From a virus, in the IMG/VR virus record IMGVR_UViG_3300050016_000168, positions 2,432-66,431 of that record: DNA of 64,000 bases; one strand, 5' to 3'. The first letter of the stretch is position 1. Each line of letters starts with the position of its first letter. The notes under the pieces were generated by a model. The model made no database searches. It worked only from the letters and a program-made list of their open reading frames with translations, and had not been told where the DNA came from. Shown here piece after piece: positions 28,371 through 37,680 of the stretch. Both the position numbers and the translations under genes were made by a program.

Positions 28371-30314
28371 TCATGACCGTCTGTCCAGGAACAGGATTGT
28401 AGTCGCCTCCAACCCGGTGCCGCGGTTGCCACGGAGGAGGCCCATCGAGCGTAGGACGCTGACGTTGTTGACGAATCCGGAGCTGGTCGGCGACTGCTGG
28501 GAATGCTCAGCCACCTTCTCCCACGGATCGATGACTGGTTCCCCTTTACGCGCCAGGAACCATAGGATCCGGTGCTGCGGTGCTGTGATCTTGCCCTTGA
28601 TCGCCGCTAGCATCTCATCCGTGGTCAATGGGACGTCAGGCGCAACGGCAATGCTGCGGCCGGCATCCGTGAGGGTGAGTCCGCTCCCGCGGTTTCCCTC
28701 GAGGAACCCATTGACACGCAGAACGCTCACGTTGTTGACGAAGCCTGACGACTTCGGCGATTGCTGTGCGAGCATGGCAACCAACGTCCAATGTGAGCCG
28801 CGTTGGCCAATCGATTCCATCCACGCCAGAGCGTCGAGGATCTTCTTCTGTGGCCACTTCAGATCGGGGTGGACGCTGGAGCCTGCCGGCATTTCTCTCA
28901 CACCAGCAGTTCCACGCGTTGACGGCTTGGAGATGGCGACTGTGCGTAGCGCATTTCTAAGCGGAGTAGGCTCTTCAACCCTCTCGTACGGATCTCCTGG
29001 ATGCTTGAGGTCGTAGCCGATCATGGCGGATCCACTTTTCGCTTGCGGCCAAGTGCTGACGGCGCCGTCAGTGCTCAACAGCGTCATCTTCGTAGTTTCA
29101 GGCGCAGTCTCATTGTGTTGGTGTAGGGCCATCCAGTGCGCGCCCATACGCTTGCCACCGTCCGTGAGAAGTGAGATGGCCTGAATGACGAAGTCGGCGT
29201 CGTGCTGGATCTCATTGAGCAGTTCTTCGGAGATCGGCTTGACCTTTTCGGTCTGCTCGACCTTCTCGACCACACGCGCCGGCGACGCTTCGATGGCGGC
29301 GAGATCTCTGGTTAGGACGGTGATTTGCTTCTTGGCTTCAGCCAGCTGCTTGCGCAACTCCTTCGGATCGTCCTGCTTGGCGCGCTGGATGGTATCCGAC
29401 ATCTCGGTGCGCAAGGCTTCGAGGTCGGGTTGAGCCAGCACCTTTGGTTCGGTGCGCTTCTTGCCCAGCCCGGGCGTGGCTGAGGAGTCGAAGGTGGTGC
29501 GGTCGCGGACCTGAATCCGCTCGAACATCTTCATGTCTGGATGGGCAGAGGCGATGAACACCTCGCCCTTGCGGAGTCCGGCGATGACCGGAGCCTCGCT
29601 GCTCGTCTTCGAGCCCATCACAGCATCGACTGCCAGCTTGCCCATGTTGGCCTGCAGCCAGTCGCGGACGCGCTCCTGATCGAGGACGCCTGGAGTGCGG
29701 TGGGCGATCATGACATCCATCAGCTCGGCCACCTCCTTGTTGAAGCCGGCGCCGCGCTGGGTGACAAAGAGGCGGCCGAGCCCGTGCTTGCGGCCAAGCT
29801 TGGCGATGTCTTCAGTGGCCCCCAGGCAGATGGTGTGGTCGGGGCTGATCGGCTTTTGTGGTGCCCAGCGCTGCGCCTCGTCAGCGATCAGCAGCCGCGG
29901 CCGACGGTTCAGCTCGTAGAGCTTCTCGAGGAAGGTGGCGACGAAGCGGATCTGCTTGCCCTTCGAGAGATGCTCGAGGTCGATGATCACCGGCTGCTCG
30001 AGCCTGGCGACCACGGCAGCGATCGTCGCTGGGGCGTTCTCGTCCAGCGGGAGGTCGGCGTGGTCGCCACCGAAGATGATCGCCGGGATTCCTGCCGTCT
30101 TGCCGTCACGGGACGACTTGACGCCCCACCAGTCGCCCTTCGGATCCAATGCCACGAAGGGGATGTGGACGGTACGCCAGGCCTCCTCAGCGATCACCGT
30201 GGCGGTGGTCGTCTTACCCGACTCGGGAGCCCCGTAGATGACCGCGGAGCGGAGCAGGAAGTCGTCTGGCAGCTCGAATCGGCCCTTGGAAGTAAACCCC
30301 AAGTTGAGCCTCAC
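28371..30314 (-). CDS. HerA/DUF87-like ATPase with coiled coil and tandem C-terminal wHTH-like repeats
   Basis: GAPESGKT, LDPKGDW, IADEAQ, GRKHG, TQR; two QQSP.SSGFVNNVSVLR units. Confidence 0.85.
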   Translation of the reverse strand: MRLNLGFTSKGRFELPDDFLLRSAVIYGAPESGKTTTATVIAEEAWRTVHIPFVALDPKGDWWGVKSSRDGKTAGIPAIIFGGDHADLPLDENAPATIAAVVARLEQPVIIDLEHLSKGKQIRFVATFLEKLYELNRRPRLLIADEAQRWAPQKPISPDHTICLGATEDIAKLGRKHGLGRLFVTQRGAGFNKEVAELMDVMIAHRTPGVLDQERVRDWLQANMGKLAVDAVMGSKTSSEAPVIAGLRKGEVFIASAHPDMKMFERIQVRDRTTFDSSATPGLGKKRTEPKVLAQPDLEALRTEMSDTIQRAKQDDPKELRKQLAEAKKQITVLTRDLAAIEASPARVVEKVEQTEKVKPISEELLNEIQHDADFVIQAISLLTDGGKRMGAHWMALHQHNETAPETTKMTLLSTDGAVSTWPQAKSGSAMIGYDLKHPGDPYERVEEPTPLRNALRTVAISKPSTRGTAGVREMPAGSSVHPDLKWPQKKILDALAWMESIGQRGSHWTLVAMLAQQSPKSSGFVNNVSVLRVNGFLEGNRGSGLTLTDAGRSIAVAPDVPLTTDEMLAAIKGKITAPQHRILWFLARKGEPVIDPWEKVAEHSQQSPTSSGFVNNVSVLRSMGLLRGNRGTGLEATTILFLDRRS

Positions 30315-30781
30315 CAGTCGTATCCTCTCGGCTTGAGCACGATCGTAATCGGTTCGCCCTTCACGACCTCTTTGCGGACGTGCATGAGCAAGAGGCCCAA
30401 CCAATTCTCGCCTTCGCCCCGCACGGTGCCCCAGAAGCGATCTCCCCACCAATTGCCCTCCTCCAATACAGCATCACCCGTCACGGCCAACAGGAGGCGG
30501 AGGGCAGGCACGTCGAACTTCTGACGCAACAAGTCAAGCATGACCTCGATTCTCATGCCGTCCCACCCATCGCGCAGCGTGACCTTTCGGCCGCGTCTCT
30601 TCGCCTCACCAGCATCCCGCGCCATGTAGATCCAGGCTCGCTGCGTTGAATCCTCGGTCTTGGCTGCCTGGAAAGCATGTTCGACGGATGGATAACGCTG
30701 TCCATCCAGCTCGACATCTACACGGTAGAAGTTGGAGAGGAACTCGTACTCACCCTTGAAGCTTGAGATTTTCGCGGTCAC
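30311..30781 (-). CDS. NADAR (YbiA-like) protein
   Basis: FLSNFY, SVEHAFQAAK, QKF, EGNWWGDRFWG, GENWLG. Confidence 0.92.
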   Translation of the reverse strand: MTAKISSFKGEYEFLSNFYRVDVELDGQRYPSVEHAFQAAKTEDSTQRAWIYMARDAGEAKRRGRKVTLRDGWDGMRIEVMLDLLRQKFDVPALRLLLAVTGDAVLEEGNWWGDRFWGTVRGEGENWLGLLLMHVRKEVVKGEPITIVLKPRGYDW

Positions 30782-31080
30782 AATGGGACACCTCCATCGG
30801 GCTTCATTGGCAACCCCTGCGCACGTCGTTCTCGTCTCCGCTGCATTACGCCGGCGTGATCTTCACCTGCTGCCTCAGGCACAGCGCCATGAGCCAGCGC
30901 ACGGGTGCGCAGAGCGTCGGTGACGTCGTAATGGTCGCCTTGGAACCAGGAGCGCTTGAGTCCGAGACGAGCAGCGAATTCGTGCAGCTCCTCGTCGGTG
31001 GTAGCGGTGAGGTGTGACCAGCGCCGGGTCAACCGACCTACGGTCGCGAGCATCCGCATGTCGTCTATGAATACGGTCAT
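30778..31080 (-). CDS. DUF4031 protein
   Basis: VFIDD, WSHL, ELHEFAARLGLKRSWFQ..HYDVT. Confidence 0.85.
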   Translation of the reverse strand: MTVFIDDMRMLATVGRLTRRWSHLTATTDEELHEFAARLGLKRSWFQGDHYDVTDALRTRALAHGAVPEAAGEDHAGVMQRRRERRAQGLPMKPDGGVPL

Positions 31081-31298
31081 CGGGGCAGCCTCCCTGCGCG
31101 GTCGAGGGCCATCTTGAACGCCATCACCTCATTGTTTGAGAGGTCATCACGCACACGGCGGATAGCACGATTGAGGAGGTCTGGGTGTGCTGGAGCTGAC
31201 GAGGAGAAATAGATCTCGTCGACCAACTGGTCGGCGTGGACGATCAGGGCGCCCAGCCTGTCGATGGCCGCGTCGGACAGCACGGGGATATCAGCCAT
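31077..31298 (-). CDS. Hypothetical protein
   Basis: Coupled ORF. Confidence 0.55.
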   Translation of the reverse strand: MADIPVLSDAAIDRLGALIVHADQLVDEIYFSSSAPAHPDLLNRAIRRVRDDLSNNEVMAFKMALDRAGRLPR

Positions 31299-31839
31299 CG
31301 GCTACTCCCTGAAGCAGCTTACGGAAGACTTCAGCCTGCAGGGACACCTCCACGTCGGTCGGATCGAATTCGGTATCTGAATCGCCATGGTGGAGGTTGA
31401 CTTGAATGTCGGATCGGTCGTTGTAGCTGCGAGAGTACGCGTGGTCGATCGTCAACTCGGGGGCGACTTCCTTGAGCAGGTCCTTCAGGCTCTGCATGTA
31501 AGCCTCGGCGGCCAGTGAGGCGGCGTGGGTCTCGCCAGCGCGCTCCACCAAGTCGGCCCAGGCGAGTAGGAGCGCCTTGGCATCGACCTCCACGACATGG
31601 CCGATGGGGAGGAGCTGAGGCGGCTCGCTGCTCCAGCGGACATAAAGCTTGTGCTCTTGGAGGAGCTTGACTCGAATCACACCGACATTCAGCTTTTTGG
31701 TCGGCCGGTACTTGTCATAGTGTGGCTCGGCGGGGCCGAGATACTCAACCCGGACGAAGTTCTCGAGTCGTCGGATGTCACCACCGCCAGCGATCTGCCA
31801 GGCGTAGATGGTGCCCTTCTTCAGGTCCGACATCCTCAT
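31291..31839 (-). CDS. Hypothetical protein
   Basis: ATGA coupling at 31839. Confidence 0.6.
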   Translation of the reverse strand: MRMSDLKKGTIYAWQIAGGGDIRRLENFVRVEYLGPAEPHYDKYRPTKKLNVGVIRVKLLQEHKLYVRWSSEPPQLLPIGHVVEVDAKALLLAWADLVERAGETHAASLAAEAYMQSLKDLLKEVAPELTIDHAYSRSYNDRSDIQVNLHHGDSDTEFDPTDVEVSLQAEVFRKLLQGVADG

Positions 31840-32069
31840 CTGGATGCCACCTCCGCACGCTCGCGCGGGCTCCGCAGGAGACGCTTGGCCACTGCCCGCA
31901 TCGCCCAGCAGACCTTGTCGTAGGTGTAGGCCTCGCAGCTGCAGGTGGCGACACCGGAGCTGGAGACGGCGATGTAGTGGCGCCGGCTGGCGCGGGTGTG
32001 ACTGCGCGCGGTGAACAGCCCAGGCGCGATACGACGGGTGTAGGGTCGGATGGATTTCTTCAGGCGCAT
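31836..32069 (-). CDS. SWIM-like zinc finger protein
   Basis: TCSCEAY....VCWA. Confidence 0.6.
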   Translation of the reverse strand: MRLKKSIRPYTRRIAPGLFTARSHTRASRRHYIAVSSSGVATCSCEAYTYDKVCWAMRAVAKRLLRSPRERAEVASR

Positions 32070-32512
32070 GCGAATCTCCCATTAGCAGAACGTAGTTTGC
32101 CAGCGAGGTAGTGTCTTGTGGCATGGCAATGGTGGCACCGAACATCGCACTTCTCGATTTCTCGGAGGAGCGTCTCCCTAGTACGCATGTCCTTGCCGAT
32201 GACGAAGAGCTTTAGTGTTCCTGGCCGGTGATCAAAAGCAAGTCGAGAAGCATCTTCACGGTATCCGCAATCGACACATCCAGAAGCGAGCTTGATCTTG
32301 CGGAGAAACTCCGTCAGCTCAGGCTGGAGAACGCGCCTTCTTCGAGCGTCGGAGAGACGTTTGCAGACACGGCAGTCCCGACTCCCGTCCCTTCGGACGT
32401 AACTGTTGTCGGGTGTATAGGCGTGCCCCTGCGGGCAGTAGGCGCGCGGGGGCCTCGGCCGTTGCAGTCGCGTAAGGCGAGATCGAGATCTCATGGTGTC
32501 CTCCATTTTCAA
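32060..32512 (-). CDS. HNH homing endonuclease
   Basis: YCPQGHAYTPDN..RDCRVC; CVDCG...FDH...KCDVRCHHCH. Confidence 0.85.
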   Translation of the reverse strand: MKMEDTMRSRSRLTRLQRPRPPRAYCPQGHAYTPDNSYVRRDGSRDCRVCKRLSDARRRRVLQPELTEFLRKIKLASGCVDCGYREDASRLAFDHRPGTLKLFVIGKDMRTRETLLREIEKCDVRCHHCHATRHYLAGKLRSANGRFACA

Positions 32513-32845
32513 TCGTGGACGGGGTTTGCTTTGCTGCCGAGTCCGCAGTAGTCCGCGCCTGGCCGTCTCACTAAGCCAAGCCTAGCTTTGCCCTGTCCGC
32601 CACGGAGCTTAGCATAATTATTGTAGTTTGGGGCAGCGGGGATTTTCGAGGTTTCGGCGCCGGTGGAGGACTCTAAAGGAGCAAAGGGCCCTTATCTCCT
32701 TAAGCGAGAGAATAGGCGTATTGTTCCGTTTGGGCGCGGTCGCATGGCTCGTGTCCGTTGGCAAGCAAACTCCCCAGAGCCCGCAAAGCGGGCCGCGTGA
32801 GCGGGGGGCAATGCCCCCTCTTGGGGGCTTGCCACTTGGACAACA

Positions 32846-33343
32846 ATGGGCCTTTTGTGTATGATTCAGAATCAGTCAGAAATCGCTTCAGGAGGACAGC
32901 AGATGATGAGCAGTTTCCCTACCAAGGCCAAAAGAGCCTCAAAAACCGTTGGCTACGCCGTTGCTGATGAGGGCATAATTATTGATCTGATCGGCTGGGG
33001 GCAGGTCTTCTCGACTCGCGGCGGGATCTCCCTGGACAAGGTCTACAAGGGACTGGGGAGGCTTCGAACACAGTCTCAACGCATTCACTATCAACAACTC
33101 AAGGCGACCATGTCAGCGCTGGCTGAGAAGGGAATCCTTGTCCGGGGCGAGCAGAACCGCTGGGCGACCTGGATGCTGGCCGACTGGAAAGCTTGGGCAG
33201 CTGATCTGGACATCAAGTTTGGGATTGTCGGTCGTGACCACATTCCAACTTCTCCGACCCAAGCCGAAGCGGCCGAGCTGCAGGAAATCTACTGGGACGA
33301 GACGTTGGACGGGCCTCGTCCGGATCCCGAAGCTGGAGAATGA
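32846..33343 (+). CDS. Hypothetical protein, possible winged-helix DNA-binding (start uncertain)
   Basis: LAEKGILVR wing-like motif. Confidence 0.5.
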   Translation: MGLLCMIQNQSEIASGGQQMMSSFPTKAKRASKTVGYAVADEGIIIDLIGWGQVFSTRGGISLDKVYKGLGRLRTQSQRIHYQQLKATMSALAEKGILVRGEQNRWATWMLADWKAWAADLDIKFGIVGRDHIPTSPTQAEAAELQEIYWDETLDGPRPDPEAGE

Positions 33344-33762
33344 TGAAGACGAATCGCCGAACCCAAGATGTCGAGCTGGCTATCCCACCCGAAGAGCTGT
33401 GGTGGCTGCGCGGTCTGAACCATCATGCTTATGTTCAATCCAAACACTGGCGGGGACTGCGAGACCACATCCTTTTGGGACGTGGAGAGCGCTGTCAGGT
33501 TTGTGGTTTGGAAGGCTCCGATTACAGATTCGCTGTGCATCACACGACATACGCTCGGGTTGGTGAGGAGCAAGACAGCGACCTGCTTGTCGTCTGCATC
33601 GCTTGCCACAACTTGATCCATTTCCCTGAGAGTCGTGCTGCCAAGCATTGGGTGTCTGTGGTTGCATCTATGAATGGGACTTCATTGATAGAAGTGACCT
33701 GGCTGGCAGCATCGCTGCGGCCACCCGAGGTGGAGAATGATATCGATGATGTCGATGGCTGA
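33340..33762 (+). CDS. HNH endonuclease (packaging-associated type)
   Basis: CQVCG...VHHTTY...DLLVVCIACHNLIH. Confidence 0.85.
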   Translation: MMKTNRRTQDVELAIPPEELWWLRGLNHHAYVQSKHWRGLRDHILLGRGERCQVCGLEGSDYRFAVHHTTYARVGEEQDSDLLVVCIACHNLIHFPESRAAKHWVSVVASMNGTSLIEVTWLAASLRPPEVENDIDDVDG

Positions 33763-33773
33763 GGAGCCCAAGC

Positions 33774-34622
33774 GTGTACGCAGGGGGTAAGAAGCGCGGC
33801 CCGAAGAAGGGGACCAAGATGCCCCAGAGTCACTTTCCCCACCAGGGCGTGGTCGAAGCGATTGCGTTAGGACTGGTCAAGCCGCGGCCGGGGATCTGCG
33901 CTCGCTGCAACCAGCAGCATCTGCTCTGCAGCGGCCACAACCATCCACGGGACGCGGAAGGCAACAATCTGCCGATCGGACCCTGCCGGCGCTGGCCGAT
34001 GCACGGACAATCGGTCTGTTCGACCCACGGCGGCAAGGGACGCAATCGAGTGGTGGCCACCCGACAATGGGAAAAGGAGCGTAAGTTGGCGGGAGAGATG
34101 GAGAAAGCGGAACGCGCGGTGAAGACGCTGGGCTTGCCGATCCTGACCTCGCCCCAGCAGGCGTTGCTGGACGAGATCGCACGCACGGCGGGGCACGTCC
34201 AGTGGCTGGGCAATAGGGTCGGCAACTTGGATCCCGACGAGTCGACCTGGGGGCGCACGTCGGAGGAGCACAAGGAAGGTACCGACGTCGGAATCACCGA
34301 GGCGGGGAGCGCGATCGACATCACGACGACGACCAAGGCGGCACGGCCGGCGGTCTGGATCCAGCTCTATCAGCAGGAGCGCGCGCACCTCGTCCATGTG
34401 GCGAAAGTTGCCATCCAGTGCGGGGTCGCAGAAAGGTCAATCAAGCTGGCTGAAGAGCAGGGGCAGATGATCGCAGCGGTGCTGCGCCAGGTCTTCGAGG
34501 ACCCCGAGCTGGAGCTGACGGAGATTCAGATCGGGGTGGCTCGAATCGTTGCCTCCAAGGCCTTGCGTACGTTGTCGACCAAGCCGTCACTGTCGGTGCT
34601 GAAGTCCATCTCCGATGCGTAA
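33774..34622 (+). CDS. Terminase small subunit candidate
   Basis: PCRRWPMHGQSVCSTHGG motif, helical C-terminus, follows HNH; SD GAGGAG. Confidence 0.6.
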   Translation: MYAGGKKRGPKKGTKMPQSHFPHQGVVEAIALGLVKPRPGICARCNQQHLLCSGHNHPRDAEGNNLPIGPCRRWPMHGQSVCSTHGGKGRNRVVATRQWEKERKLAGEMEKAERAVKTLGLPILTSPQQALLDEIARTAGHVQWLGNRVGNLDPDESTWGRTSEEHKEGTDVGITEAGSAIDITTTTKAARPAVWIQLYQQERAHLVHVAKVAIQCGVAERSIKLAEEQGQMIAAVLRQVFEDPELELTEIQIGVARIVASKALRTLSTKPSLSVLKSISDA

Positions 34623-34711
34623 TCCTGTCCCACCCATCGTGGTCGAGGCGAAGACGGTGAAAGATGCGCGCACTCTCTATCGCCGCTCGAAGAGAGTTGC
34701 GCGCATGGTGC

Positions 34712-34960
34712 TTAAACGGAATCAGTTCCGGATGGTTCGGTTGGGGCGGCGCGCTTAGCGTATTCCGGCTTCGGCCGGCGGCGAGCAGCGTGCCAATGGG
34801 TGGTTCCGTCGGGGTTGGGATGCGGACATTCGTAGACGTTCAGCACTCCCCGCTGGTGGCGGACTGCAAGCTTGGCTGAGCGCTTGGTTGAGTAGCGGCG
34901 CTTGCGCTGACAGTCTTCTATCGGTGAGTTGTGAGTCACGGCGGTGGAGACGGTCATCAC
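34712..34960 (-). CDS. Hypothetical protein
   Basis: KRRY...VYECPH....HWH. Confidence 0.6.
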   Translation of the reverse strand: MMTVSTAVTHNSPIEDCQRKRRYSTKRSAKLAVRHQRGVLNVYECPHPNPDGTTHWHAARRRPKPEYAKRAAPTEPSGTDSV

Positions 34961-35091
34961 TTTTTCTTACCAGTCAGTTTGCGCTTGCGCTCCGCCTCGT
35001 CTTCGCGCTCGAGCTTCTCGCGGCGCTTGCGCAGCATCTCGACATGATGCTTCTGGGCTGGGGTGTAGCCCTTGGTCGGGTCGTTGATCAT
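34957..35091 (-). CDS. 44-aa charged peptide (not in ORF track)
   Basis: MINDPTKGYTPAQKHHVEMLRKRREK...; coupled on both sides. Confidence 0.55.
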   Translation of the reverse strand: MINDPTKGYTPAQKHHVEMLRKRREKLEREDEAERKRKLTGKKK

Positions 35092-35318
35092 CGCTTGACG
35101 CGGCGGAGCTTGATCGCTCCACCAGCCTCGACGGCGACGCCAGATTTGTTGATCAGGGCACGACGGCCGAACGAAAGCAGCAATTGGACCAGGTCGACCT
35201 CGATGGTGACATAGCCATGCTCGGCCGGAAGCTCGGCTGAGAAGCTCTTGGTGGCCGAGTCCCAGTGCTTGGCGGCAGGCAGGGTGACGGGGAAGGGACC
35301 GAACTTTTGAACGTCCAT
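35088..35318 (-). CDS. Hypothetical protein
   Basis: Coupled ORF. Confidence 0.6.
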   Translation of the reverse strand: MDVQKFGPFPVTLPAAKHWDSATKSFSAELPAEHGYVTIEVDLVQLLLSFGRRALINKSGVAVEAGGAIKLRRVKR

Positions 35319-35813
35319 TTAGATCGTCTCCTTGATCCAGTCGAGGTGGTTGGTATCGGCGTTCCAGACACAGGAGACGGGCTCGTCGGAGGATTGCACC
35401 TCCCAGCGGCGCAGACCCATCCAGCGGCTGTAGAGATCGCGCCCGTAGGCCTCAGCCTCGGGCATGGTGGCGACACGTACGGCATTGCTGGCCCCGGGGG
35501 CGCTGTCGAGGTCGTGGGCGTCCCAGCAGACGATCTTGAACGATCCTGGGAGCTTGGTGTTGTGGTTGGAGTTGACGGTTGAGGGATGGGAGAGCGTGTT
35601 CGGATGGGGGCCGTGGCGGGGACAGTCGGGGATCTGGTTGGCGATGCCGGCGACCGAGCGCTCGCGGATGACGTCGCACTCATCGGCGTCGGTGGTGCCG
35701 TAGGGACAGGGGCAGGATGGGCAGTCGGCATCGGGCGCGATCTGATGCCGGCCCTGCATGTGGGCGGTCATCAGGTAGACAGGGTGACGGGTGTAGGGGA
35801 CGGAGGCGCTCAT
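35319..35813 (-). CDS. Hypothetical protein
   Basis: ATG after GGGAG; Cys pairs. Confidence 0.55.
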   Translation of the reverse strand: MSASVPYTRHPVYLMTAHMQGRHQIAPDADCPSCPCPYGTTDADECDVIRERSVAGIANQIPDCPRHGPHPNTLSHPSTVNSNHNTKLPGSFKIVCWDAHDLDSAPGASNAVRVATMPEAEAYGRDLYSRWMGLRRWEVQSSDEPVSCVWNADTNHLDWIKETI

Positions 35814-35900
35814 CTTGCTATCTCCCAGACGAAGTAGGCAACGAAGAGGAGCATCCAGACATCCAGACGACGACGGCACGCTCGGCGATGCGGTCCCAGT

Positions 35901-36083
35901 TCACGACGACCGACCCATGTCGGCAAGCTCCTGCTCGTCAGGACCGCCGGTGCGCTGGTGCTTGGCCCGGATCCGAGCCAGGCGTACGCGCATGGCTTCG
36001 TAGTCGGGTTGGGGTGAGGTGGCGCGCTGGCGGGCGATGACACGCTCGAGGTGGCTAAACATGAATGGGAGATTGAAGCTCAT
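35901..36083 (-). CDS. Hypothetical protein
   Basis: ATGA coupling. Confidence 0.5.
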   Translation of the reverse strand: MSFNLPFMFSHLERVIARQRATSPQPDYEAMRVRLARIRAKHQRTGGPDEQELADMGRSS

Positions 36084-36346
36084 GCGAGCTTCCCCTTAGC
36101 CACGATGAGCCGGGTTCGGATGCTGCCAACGTAGGCGGCAAACATACGCTCAAAATCGGCTTCGACTTCGAGCATGTCGGGTGACTTCGAGCACTCTGGG
36201 TGATGCGCACGGACGAGTTCAGCCAAACCTTTGACTTCAGATTCGGCGGATTCGATCAGCCGTAGGATTGACAGTTCGCCGAGGGTTTTGGGCATGCGGG
36301 TGCGTCCGGTAGTGCCCGGATAGATGCCGGGATTTATGTCGCTCAT
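36080..36346 (-). CDS. Hypothetical protein
   Basis: SD GGAGG before ATG 36346. Confidence 0.6.
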   Translation of the reverse strand: MSDINPGIYPGTTGRTRMPKTLGELSILRLIESAESEVKGLAELVRAHHPECSKSPDMLEVEADFERMFAAYVGSIRTRLIVAKGKLA

Positions 36347-36488
36347 GGGTCGATGTCCTCCAGGTAAACAGGGTTGGACGGGGGGGATGAGGTGACCACA
36401 GACCGCGCTGTCCTGCGTGGGCCCTAGTTCGATTCGGGCTGAATGCCACCAGGTGAGTTCACGGTCTGTGGGGTCGGACGCGGACGGT

Positions 36489-37490
36489 CTAGTTGACTCC
36501 GAGCAGCTGCAAGGCACGGGCGGCGAGTTCGTCGGTGTGGCCGCCGGTGAGAGCTTCCATCCGATTCTCTTCGGCGCTGGCGCTGTCGGTCTTGCGGCGA
36601 GTCTGCAGGTGTGAGGTGTAGAAGGTGATCGCGTTGTAGGCGCCCCAAGCGGTGTCGACCTTGTTGGCCTGCGTCGGGTGGGTCAGGTAGATGGTGTCCA
36701 GGGTGTCGCGGAGCCGAATCGCGCCCGAGACTTTGCGGTCGTGCTCGGGGTCGGTGGAAGCGGGGACGGGGACCAAAGACTCTAGGAACGAGGTCCAGGC
36801 GGAGCGTGACAGGTGAATACCGAGCAGCTGGTTGGCGGCGCTGAGCTTGGCCTCGCGGGCGGTCTGAGCGTTGGCGAGCAAGCGCTGGGCCTCGGCGATC
36901 GAGTCGCGCATGTTGCGGGTGTGCTTGATCCGAAAGATGGATGCAGCGCCCCCGAGCGCGGCGGAGAGCGTGTTCTGGCAGACGACGACGATCTCCACAT
37001 CGGAGGCTTGGAGCGCGAGCGAGCCGTCATGCGAGGTGCTCAAGAGCAGATGGCCCTTGATCTCGTCGCCGTTGGGCATGCTCGCCGAGTCGGGGTGCTC
37101 GAAGCACATGAATGTGCGCGAGCCGGAGCGCAGGCTACCGGCGGTGAGGACTGGGAGTCCCAGCTGGCCAAGCGCGGAGCCGAGCCCGAGGAACGTCTCC
37201 TCGTTGCTGAAGATTTCGTAGTCGGTGCCGACAACTCCCAGCGTGGAGCCATCGCCCGGGCGGTAGACGGCGACTTGGCCAGATTTGATCTGGCGAAAGA
37301 CCTTGCGCTCCTCGTCACGTACGTACATCGGTTGCTTGACGAGTCCCCAGTTGGCCATCCGGGCCTTGTCGAGTGCGGTCTGGATGTCCATCTCGCCCTC
37401 GAATGGCTCGCCGAGTTTGTGCCAGGGCGTGCCCTGTTTGGTCGAGTAGACGAGACGGGCGCCGAGTTCGTCGAATTCGAGTTCGTGCAT
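36489..37490 (-). CDS. DUF932 / TIGR03299 phage-plasmid protein
   Basis: PWHKLG, LGVVG..Y, SHDGS, VVCQNTL, TAWGAYNAIT. Confidence 0.88.
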   Translation of the reverse strand: MHELEFDELGARLVYSTKQGTPWHKLGEPFEGEMDIQTALDKARMANWGLVKQPMYVRDEERKVFRQIKSGQVAVYRPGDGSTLGVVGTDYEIFSNEETFLGLGSALGQLGLPVLTAGSLRSGSRTFMCFEHPDSASMPNGDEIKGHLLLSTSHDGSLALQASDVEIVVVCQNTLSAALGGAASIFRIKHTRNMRDSIAEAQRLLANAQTAREAKLSAANQLLGIHLSRSAWTSFLESLVPVPASTDPEHDRKVSGAIRLRDTLDTIYLTHPTQANKVDTAWGAYNAITFYTSHLQTRRKTDSASAEENRMEALTGGHTDELAARALQLLGVN

Positions 37491-37546
37491 TTTGGGGTTG
37501 TCCTCCAGGTGTCGCGGGATCCGCCGGACCGGGTGCGCGTTAAGCG

Positions 37547-37583
37547 CTAGGTGTAGTGTGCGCTCGGAGCGTGATGTTGTCAA
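37547..37583 (-). promoter_or_regulatory. Promoter with operator-like motif
   Basis: TTGACA-17-CACACT with ACACTACACCTAG over -10/+1. Confidence 0.6.
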
Positions 37584-37680
37584 TAGGCTTTAACCTCCGA
37601 GCATTCGATTGACGGGGTTGGATGCGTTCGCGGGGTCGGTCGACCAGCCGAGCAGGATGGCCCCGGGCGACGGTGAGTGC

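Noticed and set aside
32530-32600. Resemblance of ACAGGGCAAA...GACG to the c-di-GMP-I riboswitch
   Set aside because: No GNRA tetraloop or receptor, and no GACGCAAA junction; kept only as a generic structured leader
33755-33790. Possible +1 frameshift or G-run error joining MAEEPKRVRRG to the terS candidate
   Set aside because: GTG 33774 has a well-spaced GAGGAG SD, so no frameshift is needed
3136-36620. Scattered CTACACC/GGTGTAG cores inside genes as stoperators
   Set aside because: Explained by Tyr-Thr codons (TAC ACC); only longer intergenic copies were accepted
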